Below are positions 41,009 to 50,872 of a stretch of DNA of 64,000 nucleotides, in pieces. A program made the position numbers and the translations under genes. Under the pieces are notes generated by a model. That model had not been told where the DNA came from and searched no databases. It saw only the letters and a list, made by a program, of their open reading frames with translations. The DNA comes from Gammaproteobacteria bacterium (GTDB lineage Bacteria; Pseudomonadota; Gammaproteobacteria; Eutrophobiales; Eutrophobiaceae), in assembly GCA_965221695.1 (NCBI GenBank), contig OZ244905.1:2432001-2496000 (forward strand), read 5' to 3'. Each line of letters opens with the position of its first letter. Position 1 is the first letter of the stretch.

Positions 41009-41129
41009 GATATGACAACCATGTTTTTTTCGGGCCAGCGTTCAAGAGACCCTGACCAGGGCAAATGCATATTGTGTGCTTAACCGCTTCCCCGACCTGC
41101 ATTAAATCAGAGATCGTTTCTTTCTACAA

Positions 41130-41147
41130 TGATATAATGTTATAAGT
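41130..41147. promoter_or_regulatory. Degenerate operator pair TGATATAATG / TGTTATAAGT (plus TGATATGACA at 41008-41017)
   Basis: Divergent promoter region between the ene-reductase operon and the FAD oxidase. Confidence 0.45.
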
Positions 41148-41157
41148 ATAATACAAC

Positions 41158-42765
41158 TTGTTTCGAATTTCTTGCACTGTGCCACAGACTCCAGCAGATA
41201 AATTTACAGTGGTTGACGATATAGCCGCAATAGTCGGGGCCGAATTTGTTCTGACCGATGAACAGAGTTGCGCGTTTTACTCCCAGGATATCTATACCAA
41301 GGCCCTGCCGGCTCTGGCAGTGGTGCGGCCAGGTTCCGGCGCGCAGGTCGCCGAAGTTGTCGCTGCCGCGACACAACAGGGCCACGCAGTAGTAACACGC
41401 GGCGGCGGTATGTCGTACACCAGCGGCTACGTACCGGCGGAACCGGATACTATTCTGCTCGATATGAGCCGGCTCAACCGGGTGGTAGAGTGTAATACCG
41501 AAGACATGTACGTGACCGTGGAAACGGGTTGCACCTGGAAGGATTTGCGCGAGGCATTGAGCGGAACCGGTTGCCGCACGCCATACTGGGGCACGCTCTC
41601 CGGCATCAAGGCCAGCGTCGGCGGCAGCCTGTCCCAGAACAGCATATTCTGGGGTTCGGGTCGATATGGCAGCGCGGTTGACTCGGCGCTGAGCCTGGAG
41701 GTGGTCCTCGCGGATGGGACCATACTGGATACCGGATCGAACGCCCACAGCAACGGCGCGCCTTTTTTCAGACACTACGGTCCTGATCTCACCGGCCTGT
41801 TTTGCTGTGACACCGGCGCGTTGGGAATTAAAACCAAGGCCACACTGCAACTGGTCCCTGATTTGGCCGCCAATCGCTTTGCTTCTTTTGCCTTTGATGA
41901 TTACCGCGACATGGCCGGGGCAATGAGCGCGATTTCAAGGGCTGACCTTGCAATGGAATGTTTCGGATTCGATCCTTTTCTGCAACGCCAGCGCTTGCAA
42001 CGCGAGAGCCTGTTACGGGATGTAAAATCGCTTGCCGGCGTCATGAAGGCAAGTGGCGGCGTGGTTGCGGCGCTGAAAGACGGCGCACAGACGGCGCTTG
42101 CCGGAAGAGGTTTCATGGATGATGTCGGGTACTCTCTGCATGTTATGGTAGAGGAAAGCGGCGAATCCCTGGCCGATGACCGGCTTGACCGGGTCCGGCA
42201 GATTTGTTCGGATAGCCAGGGTCGGGAGATTGAAAACAGCATCCCTAAAATACTCAGGGCCAATCCGTTTACTCCCTTGAATAATGTTGTCGGCCCCCAT
42301 GGCGAACGCTGGGCGCCGGTGCATGCGCTGGTCCCCCATTCCAAAGCTGTTGCCGTGATTGATGGTGTCGAAAAAATATTCTCGGAACAACGTGAACGCA
42401 TGGACCGGGAGGGTATCGGCGTCGGCTTTTTATTCGCAACGGTATCGACGCATTGCTTCGTGGTTGAACCTGTTTTCTTCTGGCCGGATGCGATGACTGA
42501 AATACACCGGGATACCGTGGAACCGGGCGTGTTGAAAAAACTTCCGGGATTTGAGGAAAACCCGGCAGCGCGTCAGGCGGTCGCGCAGATCAGGGAGAAA
42601 CTGCTCGAATTTTTCTGTGAAACCGGCGCCGCGCACCTGCAAGTCGGCAAGGCCTACCCGTACAAGCAGGGATTAAAACCGGCAAGCTGGGATCTGGTCC
42701 GGCAGGTGAAGCGCGTGCTGGACCCCGATAACCGAATTAACCCCGGCGCGCTGGGTTTGTCCTGA
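41158..42765 (+). CDS. FAD-binding oxidoreductase (VAO/glycolate oxidase/D-lactate dehydrogenase fold); start may be GTG 41179
   Basis: RGGGMSYTSG, LEVVLADG, GPDLTGLF, DPDNRINPG. Confidence 0.9.
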   Translation: MFRISCTVPQTPADKFTVVDDIAAIVGAEFVLTDEQSCAFYSQDIYTKALPALAVVRPGSGAQVAEVVAAATQQGHAVVTRGGGMSYTSGYVPAEPDTILLDMSRLNRVVECNTEDMYVTVETGCTWKDLREALSGTGCRTPYWGTLSGIKASVGGSLSQNSIFWGSGRYGSAVDSALSLEVVLADGTILDTGSNAHSNGAPFFRHYGPDLTGLFCCDTGALGIKTKATLQLVPDLAANRFASFAFDDYRDMAGAMSAISRADLAMECFGFDPFLQRQRLQRESLLRDVKSLAGVMKASGGVVAALKDGAQTALAGRGFMDDVGYSLHVMVEESGESLADDRLDRVRQICSDSQGREIENSIPKILRANPFTPLNNVVGPHGERWAPVHALVPHSKAVAVIDGVEKIFSEQRERMDREGIGVGFLFATVSTHCFVVEPVFFWPDAMTEIHRDTVEPGVLKKLPGFEENPAARQAVAQIREKLLEFFCETGAAHLQVGKAYPYKQGLKPASWDLVRQVKRVLDPDNRINPGALGLS

Positions 42766-42835
42766 TAACCGCCAGTTCGCAAGAGGAAGAATATTTGTCG
42801 AAACCTCATGAACCGATCTCTGCATGCCCCTGTAC

Positions 42836-42925
42836 CACTCCCGCAAAAGCGGGAGTCCAGTCGAATACTGTGTCGCCCAGAGGGCTACCCTTTGTTCCAC
42901 TGGATTCCCGTTTGCACGGGAATGG
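42836..42925. repeat. Complete REP family D doublet (REPIN-like)
   Basis: CACTCCCGCAAAAGCGGGAGTCCAG-spacer hairpin-TGGATTCCCGTTTGCACGGGAATGG. Confidence 0.8.
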
Positions 42926-43020
42926 GATGGGGGCGCAGGTCAGTTAATAAAACTTACTTACATTGCAAAAAAACCAGTGCGGTTACCGTATCCCTGGTGC
43001 GCTAACAGTATCAGTGATCC

Positions 43021-44673
43021 ATGCAAATCAGACAAAATTACATTGACATAGGCAGCGACAAGGCGCCGCAACAGGTCCATTTCCGCACCGCCGGGAGCGG
43101 GCCGGCGCTGGTGATGCTGCATGCCTCGCCCATGTCCTCGGCCGCGTTGGCGCCGTTCATCCGGGTGGCTGCGGAATTCAACACGGTTATCGCGCCCGAT
43201 ACGCCGGGTTACGGCTGGTCCGACCCCATGCGGGAACCGGGCGAAGACCTGAGCGGTTACGTGGCGGCTTTGCATACATTTACCAGCCGTTTGGGCCTGG
43301 ATCGTTTTGGCCTGTACGGGACGGCCACGGGCGCGCAAATCGCGATAGAATTCAGCAAGACCTACAGCGCCATTGTGGATTACCTGATCCTGGACAATGC
43401 CGCGCATTTTACCGACGAAGAAAGGGCGCGCATCGTAGCCGGCTATTTTCCCGACCTGACACCGGAGTTGACCGGCAGTCATTTAACCAGGACCTGGTCG
43501 GTGGCGCGGGACCAGGGTCTGTTCTTTCCCTGGCACCAGACAACTGCCGAGACCCGCTTGCCGGGAGGCGGTGTCAATACCGAGATGACACAGCAGATGG
43601 CCATGGAGTTCCTGCAGGCGGGCAAAGACTATGACCGGGCCTACCGGGCCGCGTTTGCCAACGAAAAAATGGGACGGGTACAGCCCATTACCGTACCCGT
43701 CACCATCATGCGCTGGCAAGGCAGCATCCTGAAACCCTATACCGATCGATTTGACTCGGTGGAATGGCCGGACAATTTCTCCATGCTTCATTGCGGCCCG
43801 ACCCGTGAACAACGAAGCAGCGCGTTCAGGTCCATTGTTACCGAGCAAGCGTCCCGTTCACGGAGCAGCAGTCCCCAACTCAACAGTTCGGACACTACAC
43901 TCAGAACGGGAAAAGGATTTCTTCACCTGGATACGGGACTGTACCATTACTTCTGCGCAGGGGACACGCAACAACCTGCGTTACTGGCCTTGCACAACCT
44001 CGGCAGCTCCCAGCGTTCCCTGGCCGGGCGCGTCGCCGGCCTGTCCGCGCAATACCACACCGTCGTTCCTGACCTGCCGGGACATGGATTATCATTCCGA
44101 CCGGAAACAGGTCAAGCGAGTGTCGATGGGTTGGCCGGCGCGCTGGTTGAACTGGTTGAAGCCCTGGGTTGGAACCGGTTTGCGGTCCTGGCCGAGAAAG
44201 ACAGCGCGGCCATTGCCGTGGAGGTCGCACAACGGCTGGGGCAGTCCATCGAGAAATTGATGTTGGTTAACCCGGTTGATTATGCCGCGCTCTCCGATGA
44301 ATGGGAACTCGAAGAGTTTTGCCCTGATTTCATACCGGAGACCGACGGCTCGCATCTGCTGAAGACCTGGCACTGGTTACGGGACCGGCAATTGTTCTGG
44401 CCCTGGTATGCCAGAGACGCCGGCCATGCGCTGGCCGGTCAATGCAACCTGGATGCGGATTACCTCACTGCGCGCGTCACGGAATTCTGGCAGGCGCAGC
44501 CTGTAGTGAGCGAGCTGCGGCATGAGCTGATGAGTTATCCTCTGACAACGCGACTGGAGCGATTGGATTGCGCGGTGGAACTTTGCCTGACGGAAACAGA
44601 ACCACTGCTGGAGGTAGCCCGGCGCAGCCTGGCAGACCAGCGTTTTGACCTGCGCCCCATACCGTTCCCGTGA
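43021..44673 (+). CDS. Tandem two-domain alpha/beta hydrolase-fold protein, no canonical nucleophile
   Basis: LHASP...APDTPGYGWSD and LHNL...PDLPGHGLS; elbow GTATG. Confidence 0.85.
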   Translation: MQIRQNYIDIGSDKAPQQVHFRTAGSGPALVMLHASPMSSAALAPFIRVAAEFNTVIAPDTPGYGWSDPMREPGEDLSGYVAALHTFTSRLGLDRFGLYGTATGAQIAIEFSKTYSAIVDYLILDNAAHFTDEERARIVAGYFPDLTPELTGSHLTRTWSVARDQGLFFPWHQTTAETRLPGGGVNTEMTQQMAMEFLQAGKDYDRAYRAAFANEKMGRVQPITVPVTIMRWQGSILKPYTDRFDSVEWPDNFSMLHCGPTREQRSSAFRSIVTEQASRSRSSSPQLNSSDTTLRTGKGFLHLDTGLYHYFCAGDTQQPALLALHNLGSSQRSLAGRVAGLSAQYHTVVPDLPGHGLSFRPETGQASVDGLAGALVELVEALGWNRFAVLAEKDSAAIAVEVAQRLGQSIEKLMLVNPVDYAALSDEWELEEFCPDFIPETDGSHLLKTWHWLRDRQLFWPWYARDAGHALAGQCNLDADYLTARVTEFWQAQPVVSELRHELMSYPLTTRLERLDCAVELCLTETEPLLEVARRSLADQRFDLRPIPFP

Positions 44674-44718
44674 AAACGGGAATCCAGAGAAAAAACGGGT
44701 CGCCCTCCGGGCGACACA
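44663..44718. repeat. REP family D copy supplying the stop codon of the upstream gene
   Basis: GTTCCCGTGAAAACGGGAATCCAG...GTCGCCCTCCGGGCGAC; the TGA at 44671-73 lies inside the hairpin. Confidence 0.72.
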
Positions 44719-44811
44719 GAATTTAAGAGGAATGGACTGGCCTGTGCCAATAGTTATATACAATCGGACCTGCATAGTTCTGATCATGAAGGTTTAGAGG
44801 AGGAAATTAAG

Positions 44812-45315
44812 ATGTCACTGAGAGAAAAAATGCCGCTGCTGGCGCGTCACGAAGGCGTGTGGGACGGCGTTTACCGTTATTTTGACAAGGACGGGAACAA
44901 GATCGATGAACACAAATCCAGGGTGCTGTGCCGCATGATCGGCGCTGACGATTACCATCAGACCAACTATTATTTCTGGGCGGACGGCAGGAAAGACAAC
45001 CGGGATTTCCCGGCTATAGTCAAGCAGGACCGCCTCGTGTTTTATACTGAAATTACCGGCTGGGCGGCGGAAGTGCCGTTGGATGAGAACAGCAGGACCA
45101 TCATGCTGCACTGGACTCGAAATAATGAACCGGGTCTGTATCTCTACGAGATGATTCAAATCAGCGACTGCGGGCAATACCGGGCCAGGGTCTGGCAATG
45201 GTTTCGAGAAGGACAGTTGTTGAAACGAACGCTGGTTGACGAGCAGCGCGTGAGCAAAGACTGGCAAGGCTATGAAAACAAGGCGGTGGCATATGACGAT
45301 GTTGCCGTTTTCTGA
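44812..45315 (+). CDS. DUF3598-like beta-barrel protein
   Basis: HEGVWDGVY, YHQTNYY.W.DG, YEMIQIS, RARVWQWF, KRTLVDE; strong SD GAGGAGG. Confidence 0.72.
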   Translation: MSLREKMPLLARHEGVWDGVYRYFDKDGNKIDEHKSRVLCRMIGADDYHQTNYYFWADGRKDNRDFPAIVKQDRLVFYTEITGWAAEVPLDENSRTIMLHWTRNNEPGLYLYEMIQISDCGQYRARVWQWFREGQLLKRTLVDEQRVSKDWQGYENKAVAYDDVAVF

Positions 45316-45405
45316 TTACAATATATGCTTGCTGACACGATCGCACAGAGGTAATTCGGGAAAATGATTCCATTCCCGGCTATTCCATAGAAACAGAGGT
45401 GGACC

Positions 45406-45696
45406 ATGACTTTTAAAAATCTTTTTATCGACCATGAACGCAGCAAGGAGGAGCAAGAATGGGTAAGCGAGGAACTTGCAGAACAGGAGCAACGCTACGC
45501 AAAAATCGACAAGCACCTGAACGACCTGGCGCCGACGCGGGCAAAATGGTACGAAGAATTCTTCGACCGGATTTCCCTGCGCGGCTTTAATGCCGACGGC
45601 GACCAGAAGGTGAAGATCAAACGGGAAAACCTGCCGGCAAAGCCGGAAGGAAGGGAAGACCGGGTGCTCTGGAAGTACGGGGCAGAAAGCGAATAA
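45406..45696 (+). CDS. Small hypothetical protein
   Basis: 96 aa, SD GAGGTGG, 20 bp upstream of the cupin gene. Confidence 0.75.
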   Translation: MTFKNLFIDHERSKEEQEWVSEELAEQEQRYAKIDKHLNDLAPTRAKWYEEFFDRISLRGFNADGDQKVKIKRENLPAKPEGREDRVLWKYGAESE

Positions 45697-45716
45697 ACTA
45701 AGACAGGAGAAATATT

Positions 45717-46697
45717 ATGGCGCGTCCACACATAGAACCCTTTGTAGACCGTGATGTTGGATTCAAGAACATGCTGTTACCGGGCTTCGGCCGGGGCATG
45801 CACTACAAGATGCTGAGCATGGATACCGATACCGGCGCTTGCACGATGACGGTGCAATTGGACGGCGGTTACAGCCAGGTTCCGGGCTTTTCCTGGTCGG
45901 AATGGGAGATGATCGTTATTGAGGGAGAACTGCAACTGGATGAGCGGACAGTACGCAAGGGCCATTACTTCTATGTCCCGGCAGGGTATGCCATGCCCGC
46001 AATCAAGTCAGAAAAGGGCGCATTGGCGCTGATGATGTACAACACCGGCGAACCCAGCCTGGTTGAGTCAACCGAACATCATCACCTTGCCCACACAAAT
46101 TTATACCATGACGTCGACTCCTACCTGGACATCATCTGGGAGCCGGGCAACATCGTCAAACCCGCAGTGGCTTCCGGCGTGATGATCAAGCTGCTGAACT
46201 ACAATCCGATTTCCCATGCGATGACGTTCCTGTACTGCATGACGCCGGCGTTTTACCAGGACAACATTTCCTACCATGACTGCGCGGAGGAATCGTACCA
46301 CCTGTGGGGTACGTCCTGGATGATGCAATTCGGCGATATCCCCACCGGCGGCTATTTCTGGCGCCCGGCATACATTAACCATGGCGCGTTCGCGTCGGAA
46401 TTCGGCTGTATCGCGCTGGGCAGGGTCGATTCGAAACTGTTCAACTACTTCCACTACAATCCCTGGTCCACGCCAAAGGAAAACCAGTGCCGCGCGGCGG
46501 CACGGGTCTACCAACGTGACCCGTTACTGTACAAGTGGATGGTCAGCTACTCCCACAACCACCCCCACGGCCCGGAAGACTTCGAGCAAACGCAAGCGTT
46601 ACGCGGCCCGGACTTTCTGGACAACGAACCGGACACCGACGGCCACAAACACAGCCACTGGCATACGCACAAGCACCATCATCATTCCCATGATTGA
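45717..46697 (+). CDS. Cytoplasmic bicupin, DUF4437-like, with His-rich tail
   Basis: MARPHIE, KMLSMDTDTGA, YHDCAEESY, GGYFWRPAYINHG; tail HKHSHWHTHKHHHHSHD. Confidence 0.78.
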   Translation: MARPHIEPFVDRDVGFKNMLLPGFGRGMHYKMLSMDTDTGACTMTVQLDGGYSQVPGFSWSEWEMIVIEGELQLDERTVRKGHYFYVPAGYAMPAIKSEKGALALMMYNTGEPSLVESTEHHHLAHTNLYHDVDSYLDIIWEPGNIVKPAVASGVMIKLLNYNPISHAMTFLYCMTPAFYQDNISYHDCAEESYHLWGTSWMMQFGDIPTGGYFWRPAYINHGAFASEFGCIALGRVDSKLFNYFHYNPWSTPKENQCRAAARVYQRDPLLYKWMVSYSHNHPHGPEDFEQTQALRGPDFLDNEPDTDGHKHSHWHTHKHHHHSHD

Positions 46698-46713
46698 GCC
46701 GTGACCTGGAACT

Positions 46714-46776
46714 TAGCCCGCATTTGACAGCAATCATGTTGCCGGCAGCAATATGCAGCCTGATAAATGCGGGTTA
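46714..46776. repeat. Inverted repeat or stem-loop between convergent genes (possible MITE scar or terminator)
   Basis: TAGCCCGCATTT ... AAATGCGGGTTA (11/12 pairing). Confidence 0.5.
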
Positions 46777-46819
46777 GGCGCTTTAACGGTAGCGCATCAC
46801 AGCCGAGTGGAGTCCTGGA

Positions 46820-47122
46820 TCATATTTTCTCAAGCATCAGGCGATAGCCCAAAGCATGAATAACTGCATTGATATTATCCAGGCGCGGGTTCCCTTTGGG
46901 GGAAAGCGCTTTTTGCAATCCCTGCCTGGACATCCCTGTTTCTGCCGCAAGTAATGAGATACCTTTTAGCTTGGCTATAACTCGCAGTGAGGCAAGTAAC
47001 GAACCAGAATCTCCATCCTGCGCATATTCGTCAAAGATTTCTGACAGGTAAGCATCCACCTCATCAGGGTGCCTGCGAAAGTAATCTTCCTCAAGATTGT
47101 CAAAAGTTCTCAACTCACTCAT
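46820..47122 (-). CDS. Addiction module antidote (HTH antitoxin, HigA-like)
   Basis: GISLLAAETGMSRQGLQKALSPKGNPRL; 8-bp overlap with the toxin. Confidence 0.88.
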   Translation of the reverse strand: MSELRTFDNLEEDYFRRHPDEVDAYLSEIFDEYAQDGDSGSLLASLRVIAKLKGISLLAAETGMSRQGLQKALSPKGNPRLDNINAVIHALGYRLMLEKI

Positions 47123-47459
47123 TGGACTTGTATTTTTCCCAGTACTGTAATGCTACCCGGATATCTTTTTCCTGGCTGTTTTTGTCACCACCAGCCAATA
47201 ATACGATAAGCGAATTCCCATCTTTGCCGAAATAAATTCTATAACCAGGACCGAAAAACAAACGCAATTCATATAAACGCCCCTTGATATGTTTAGCGTC
47301 ACCGAGATTTCCTTGTTCCAGCCGTCTGAGTCTCATGATTATCCGGCGCCGATCTCTACCATCTTTTACTCCATTAAGCCAAATGGTAAAAGGTTCCCTT
47401 CCGTTACTATTCTTATAAATAAGAAGCGTTTTTGTCCTTGAGTTTCCTGGCATGTCCAT
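47115..47459 (-). CDS. RelE/ParE-superfamily toxin (addiction module killer, HigB-like)
   Basis: RLEQGNLGDAK, ELRLFFGPGYRIYF, LLAGGDKNSQEKDI; toxin-first order. Confidence 0.9.
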   Translation of the reverse strand: MDMPGNSRTKTLLIYKNSNGREPFTIWLNGVKDGRDRRRIIMRLRRLEQGNLGDAKHIKGRLYELRLFFGPGYRIYFGKDGNSLIVLLAGGDKNSQEKDIRVALQYWEKYKSNE

Positions 47460-47751
47460 ATTGTCCGATGGCAGTCATGCAAACTATAGTAGGCGTTACA
47501 TCTTATTTCAAGAAGAATCTTCCTTTGCTGGAACAACCCTCATATTTCAAGCTTTCAAGTTGATATACATTGCGTTTTCAATCGGCAAATTGGGAATCTA
47601 TATGCTCTTGTCGTAGGTGACCTGACGCCAGACGTAACCGGTCGCCCGTCTGTTCGTTGTTATGCAGGATCTTGGCCTTCCCTAATCAGCCGCAAACTGG
47701 CATGTTGTCATGGTAAAGTGGTTGTCCAGAATTGACCTGAGGAGAAATTTC

Positions 47752-48054
47752 ATGCTCGTATCCGTTTATTGCAAAGACGCGCCGGGCGGCGCTGAACCCA
47801 GGCAAAGTAAACTATCGGAACACTTTGCGCACATTGAAGAGATTGAGGAAAAAATCAAGGTGGCAGGCCCGGTGATGGGCCCTGACGGAAAAGGTCCGGT
47901 AGCCAGCCTACTGATATTCGAGGTCGATAGCCTTGATGAAGCAACACAAATGATACACGCCGATCCATATTACCAGGCCGGTGTCTGGCAGGAAGTCAAC
48001 ATACAGAAGTTTAAAGGCGTAGTAGGCAGTTGGGTAGGCGGGAAAACCTGGTAA
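47752..48054 (+). CDS. YciI family protein
   Basis: R....EH, AGP, SLLIFE, DPYYQAGVW; SD GAGGAG. Confidence 0.85.
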   Translation: MLVSVYCKDAPGGAEPRQSKLSEHFAHIEEIEEKIKVAGPVMGPDGKGPVASLLIFEVDSLDEATQMIHADPYYQAGVWQEVNIQKFKGVVGSWVGGKTW

Positions 48055-48299
48055 GTCGTCAGCGTATATCTTGCGAGCAAGGATGAATACTCTTACCTAA
48101 GATAGAACCTTTTCGATCCAAAGATTACATCTGGCTGACGCCCGTATGAATGGGATATTTCAACTCCCTGAAAACTTACTATTCCAAGCAAGTGCTGATA
48201 AGTCATAAATCTGATTTCGTAGTACCCACTTTTATCAGTTCAGAAACGCCAAGGGAGGATTCAACCTCTGCCCCCTCATTAGAGGTGAAATGGTAATGA

Positions 48300-49349
48300 T
48301 TATGGGGTGAGCACTCTGATCACACGAAACCCGATGTCGATGTTCCGGAGGTCGGACATGAACCCGCCGCGCCACGCCGATCGCAGGTTCCTCGGACTCC
48401 AGAGCCAGGAACCGCCACGCAAGACGCGGTATCCACATTCATCGTACTCCCAAGCACTACCATCATTCGGCGCTCCTTCATAACTGTTATGCCAGCAATC
48501 CTGCACCCATTCCCAGACATTGCCATGCACATCATGCAAACCAAAATCATTAGCCATAAAACTCCCTACCTCTACAGTCTCCTGCCTGTATAATCCTCTA
48601 CCCAAATAACTGCCATAACTACCCAGTCCCCGAAAATTCGCATGTTCAGGCGTGATGCTTTCACCCGTATGGAAAGGGGTCGTTGTGCCCGCTCGCGCCA
48701 TGTATTCCCATTCCGACTCACTTGGTAGACGATAAGGATGCCCAGTCTTCTCACTAAGCCACTGTACATATTCTTGTGCATCCTCCCAAATCACATGTAT
48801 CACCGGACGACGACCTCGGCCCCAACCTTCATCATGCGGAGTGTGACTGCACCCTCCGGCAGACACGCACGCATCCCACTCGGCAAATGTAATCTCGTAT
48901 TTGCCTACGGCGAAAGAGTAAGCAATCCTTACTTGATGCACCGGGCGTTCGACATCGCCACTCTCCTCCTCCCACTCCGGCGCGCCCATCATGAATGCGC
49001 CGGGAGGTATCACAACCAACTCCGGACACTCCGAGCAATCTTGAAATGTGTCGCCAGGCTGGTAGGAAATCTCACCGGTTGTGTTGTTCCCTGTCACGCT
49101 TTCTAATTCTGATCTGCCCGCCTCAGGAGCGCCCCCTGCGAGTGCGCTTTTTCTTGTCACCTCGATCAGCTTCGGTAACAGTGTTTCCAACAACGTCAAA
49201 CAGCCTGGATATTGTTTAAAAGTCTCTTCTGCCGTCAATTCTGTCGTTTCCGGGCAAGGGGTGTCATGCGCCATTACCAAGGAACCGGGCAGTGAGATTA
49301 CTAAGACGAATAGGACAAAACTGACACAACGAATTGAAAATTTAATCAT
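48300..49349 (-). CDS. Exported FGE-sulfatase (SUMF1/C-type-lectin fold) domain protein
   Basis: FQDCSECPELV, FMMG, RLPSESEWEYMARAG, GLHDVHGNVWEW, RGGSW...GFRV; lacks the catalytic FGE Cys pair. Confidence 0.9.
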   Translation of the reverse strand: MIKFSIRCVSFVLFVLVISLPGSLVMAHDTPCPETTELTAEETFKQYPGCLTLLETLLPKLIEVTRKSALAGGAPEAGRSELESVTGNNTTGEISYQPGDTFQDCSECPELVVIPPGAFMMGAPEWEEESGDVERPVHQVRIAYSFAVGKYEITFAEWDACVSAGGCSHTPHDEGWGRGRRPVIHVIWEDAQEYVQWLSEKTGHPYRLPSESEWEYMARAGTTTPFHTGESITPEHANFRGLGSYGSYLGRGLYRQETVEVGSFMANDFGLHDVHGNVWEWVQDCWHNSYEGAPNDGSAWEYDECGYRVLRGGSWLWSPRNLRSAWRGGFMSDLRNIDIGFRVIRVLTP

Positions 49350-49697
49350 TGCGGATAGGTACGGTTGGTTGCGGTCAGCTTGCTCAAAGTTTTACATCTG
49401 AATTTCGCATCGGAGCTGCCAATATCGAACAATGTATAGTATCACCAAATCAGGTTATCGATTAAAATACCTATACAGAAGCTAAGTCCGACAGGGTGTC
49501 AGAAAGACAATAACCAGTTCAATCAAAAAATCTAGAAGATGGCAAGATACAAACAACGGAATAAGAACGACAAGACCATGTCCGGGTTTACGTAAATCTG
49601 AGGAAGCTATGTGGTTGTGAAGAAACAAAATAAGAACATTATTGTAAACTATTGGGAACAACCTATTGCGGCAGACGTGTATGGGATCTTTGTAATT

Positions 49698-50096
49698 ATG
49701 CGAACTGTCTTCCTGATAGCGTTCCTACTCCTAATAAGCGGGTGTTTACTAAGCACCACTCTCAAATCGCCTACGCTCGTGAAATGGGAAGAAACAAAAG
49801 TAGTACTTGATACCGAATGTAGGGATACTGAAAAATGGTGGGAGACATGTAAGAGCCGTTTTAGTAAAGAGGAAGCGCTGAGCTTGGCGCAAAAATATTG
49901 TGAACTCTCAAATCGCACTGCACATCCGGAATACTATTGGGATTGTGCTGATACGTACTCTCGGACAGCATGCGTGACCAGCGAAGAAATTTTGACATAT
50001 CCAGGAGGCCCGAAGGAAAGGACAGTGTGTACTACAAGCGATGCCTGCGAAAACTATGTCATGGTTTACAACTGCATCCCCGAACCTCAGGATTGA
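49698..50096 (+). CDS. Cys-rich hypothetical lipoprotein
   Basis: MRTVFLIAFLLLISGC lipobox; 8 further Cys. Confidence 0.65.
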   Translation: MRTVFLIAFLLLISGCLLSTTLKSPTLVKWEETKVVLDTECRDTEKWWETCKSRFSKEEALSLAQKYCELSNRTAHPEYYWDCADTYSRTACVTSEEILTYPGGPKERTVCTTSDACENYVMVYNCIPEPQD

Positions 50097-50556
50097 TGAG
50101 AGTCTGACCGAGTGTCCGCTCTTTATTCCCGTGCCACACAAACCAGAACACCTCACATGTGCCCGCGAGGGTGAAGGCAATCGTGCATGGAGTGCTCAAG
50201 GCGGCGCAACATCACTTGCGGCTGGATTATCGGAAACTGTTTGGATACTGACCCGTATACAGCACAAAATTAGAAACTACATCCCTATACATTTCACGTG
50301 GTCACCCTTCATACAATCAAACGCAGGTCTTTTTCTCTGGGAAGCATTTGTCAGCGGCGAGTCAAAGACTGACACCCACACTGGTGATGCTGAGCTTGCT
50401 GTTAATCAGTTTTACAGGTATCTGCCTGATCCAGAAACTCACAATGCCATAACTTGCGCTAATCCGCGCTCATTAATTGGCGCTGCGATATTGCAAGCGG
50501 GTTTATCAGATGATGTGTCATTACTCAATAAGGCATGTTTAGTGATTCGCGGATAA
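50097..50556 (+). pseudogene. Probable 5'-truncated hypothetical gene
   Basis: Protein-like frame (ECPLFIPVP...REGEGNRAWSAQGGA...LFLWEAFVSG...HTGDAELA) with no convincing start or SD; the track start lies inside the lipoprotein gene. Confidence 0.45.
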
Positions 50557-50594
50557 ATTGGCTGTCACTGGAAAACAAGCAACGGAGGTAGGTA

Positions 50595-50798
50595 ATGAAT
50601 GAGAATGATTCAAACAGTAACGGACAGGTCTTGATCAAAAAAACGACACAGCCATCCCCCAATTTTAGAGTGCAGAAAATTTGGGAAATGGAATGTAAAC
50701 ACTGCCAACATAGGTATGGAGCGAATGGATGCGATGCCCATGAGCGCAGGTGTCCGAATTGTCAAGGTGGGGCAGATGGATTCGTTGTAACAACCTAG
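50595..50798 (+). CDS. Small Zn-ribbon protein
   Basis: CKHC...YGANGCD...CPNCQGG; SD GGAGG. Confidence 0.7.
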   Translation: MNENDSNSNGQVLIKKTTQPSPNFRVQKIWEMECKHCQHRYGANGCDAHERRCPNCQGGADGFVVTT

Positions 50799-50872
50799 GC
50801 AAATTATTAATATAGATGCGGCTGGCTATGGTCAGCTTGGACAAAGTTTTACATTAATTATGAAGGACAGAC

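Noticed and set aside
41081-41112. Fragments resembling MITE B (AACCGCTTCCCCGACC) and MITE A (ATTAAATCAGAG)
   Set aside because: The matches are too short to call; possibly an old scar.
44752-44761. Operator-like AGTTATATAC upstream of DUF3598
   Set aside because: Only 7/10 match to the consensus in AT-rich DNA.
46710-46779. attC-like site on the - strand (GCCTAAC...GCTAAGT) after the TA pair
   Set aside because: The right core lacks the invariant GTT, the spacers pair perfectly (unlike attC), and no other attC sites or intI were seen.
48300-49349. Catalytic formylglycine-generating enzyme
   Set aside because: The catalytic Cys pair after RGGSW is missing and no sulfatase is nearby.
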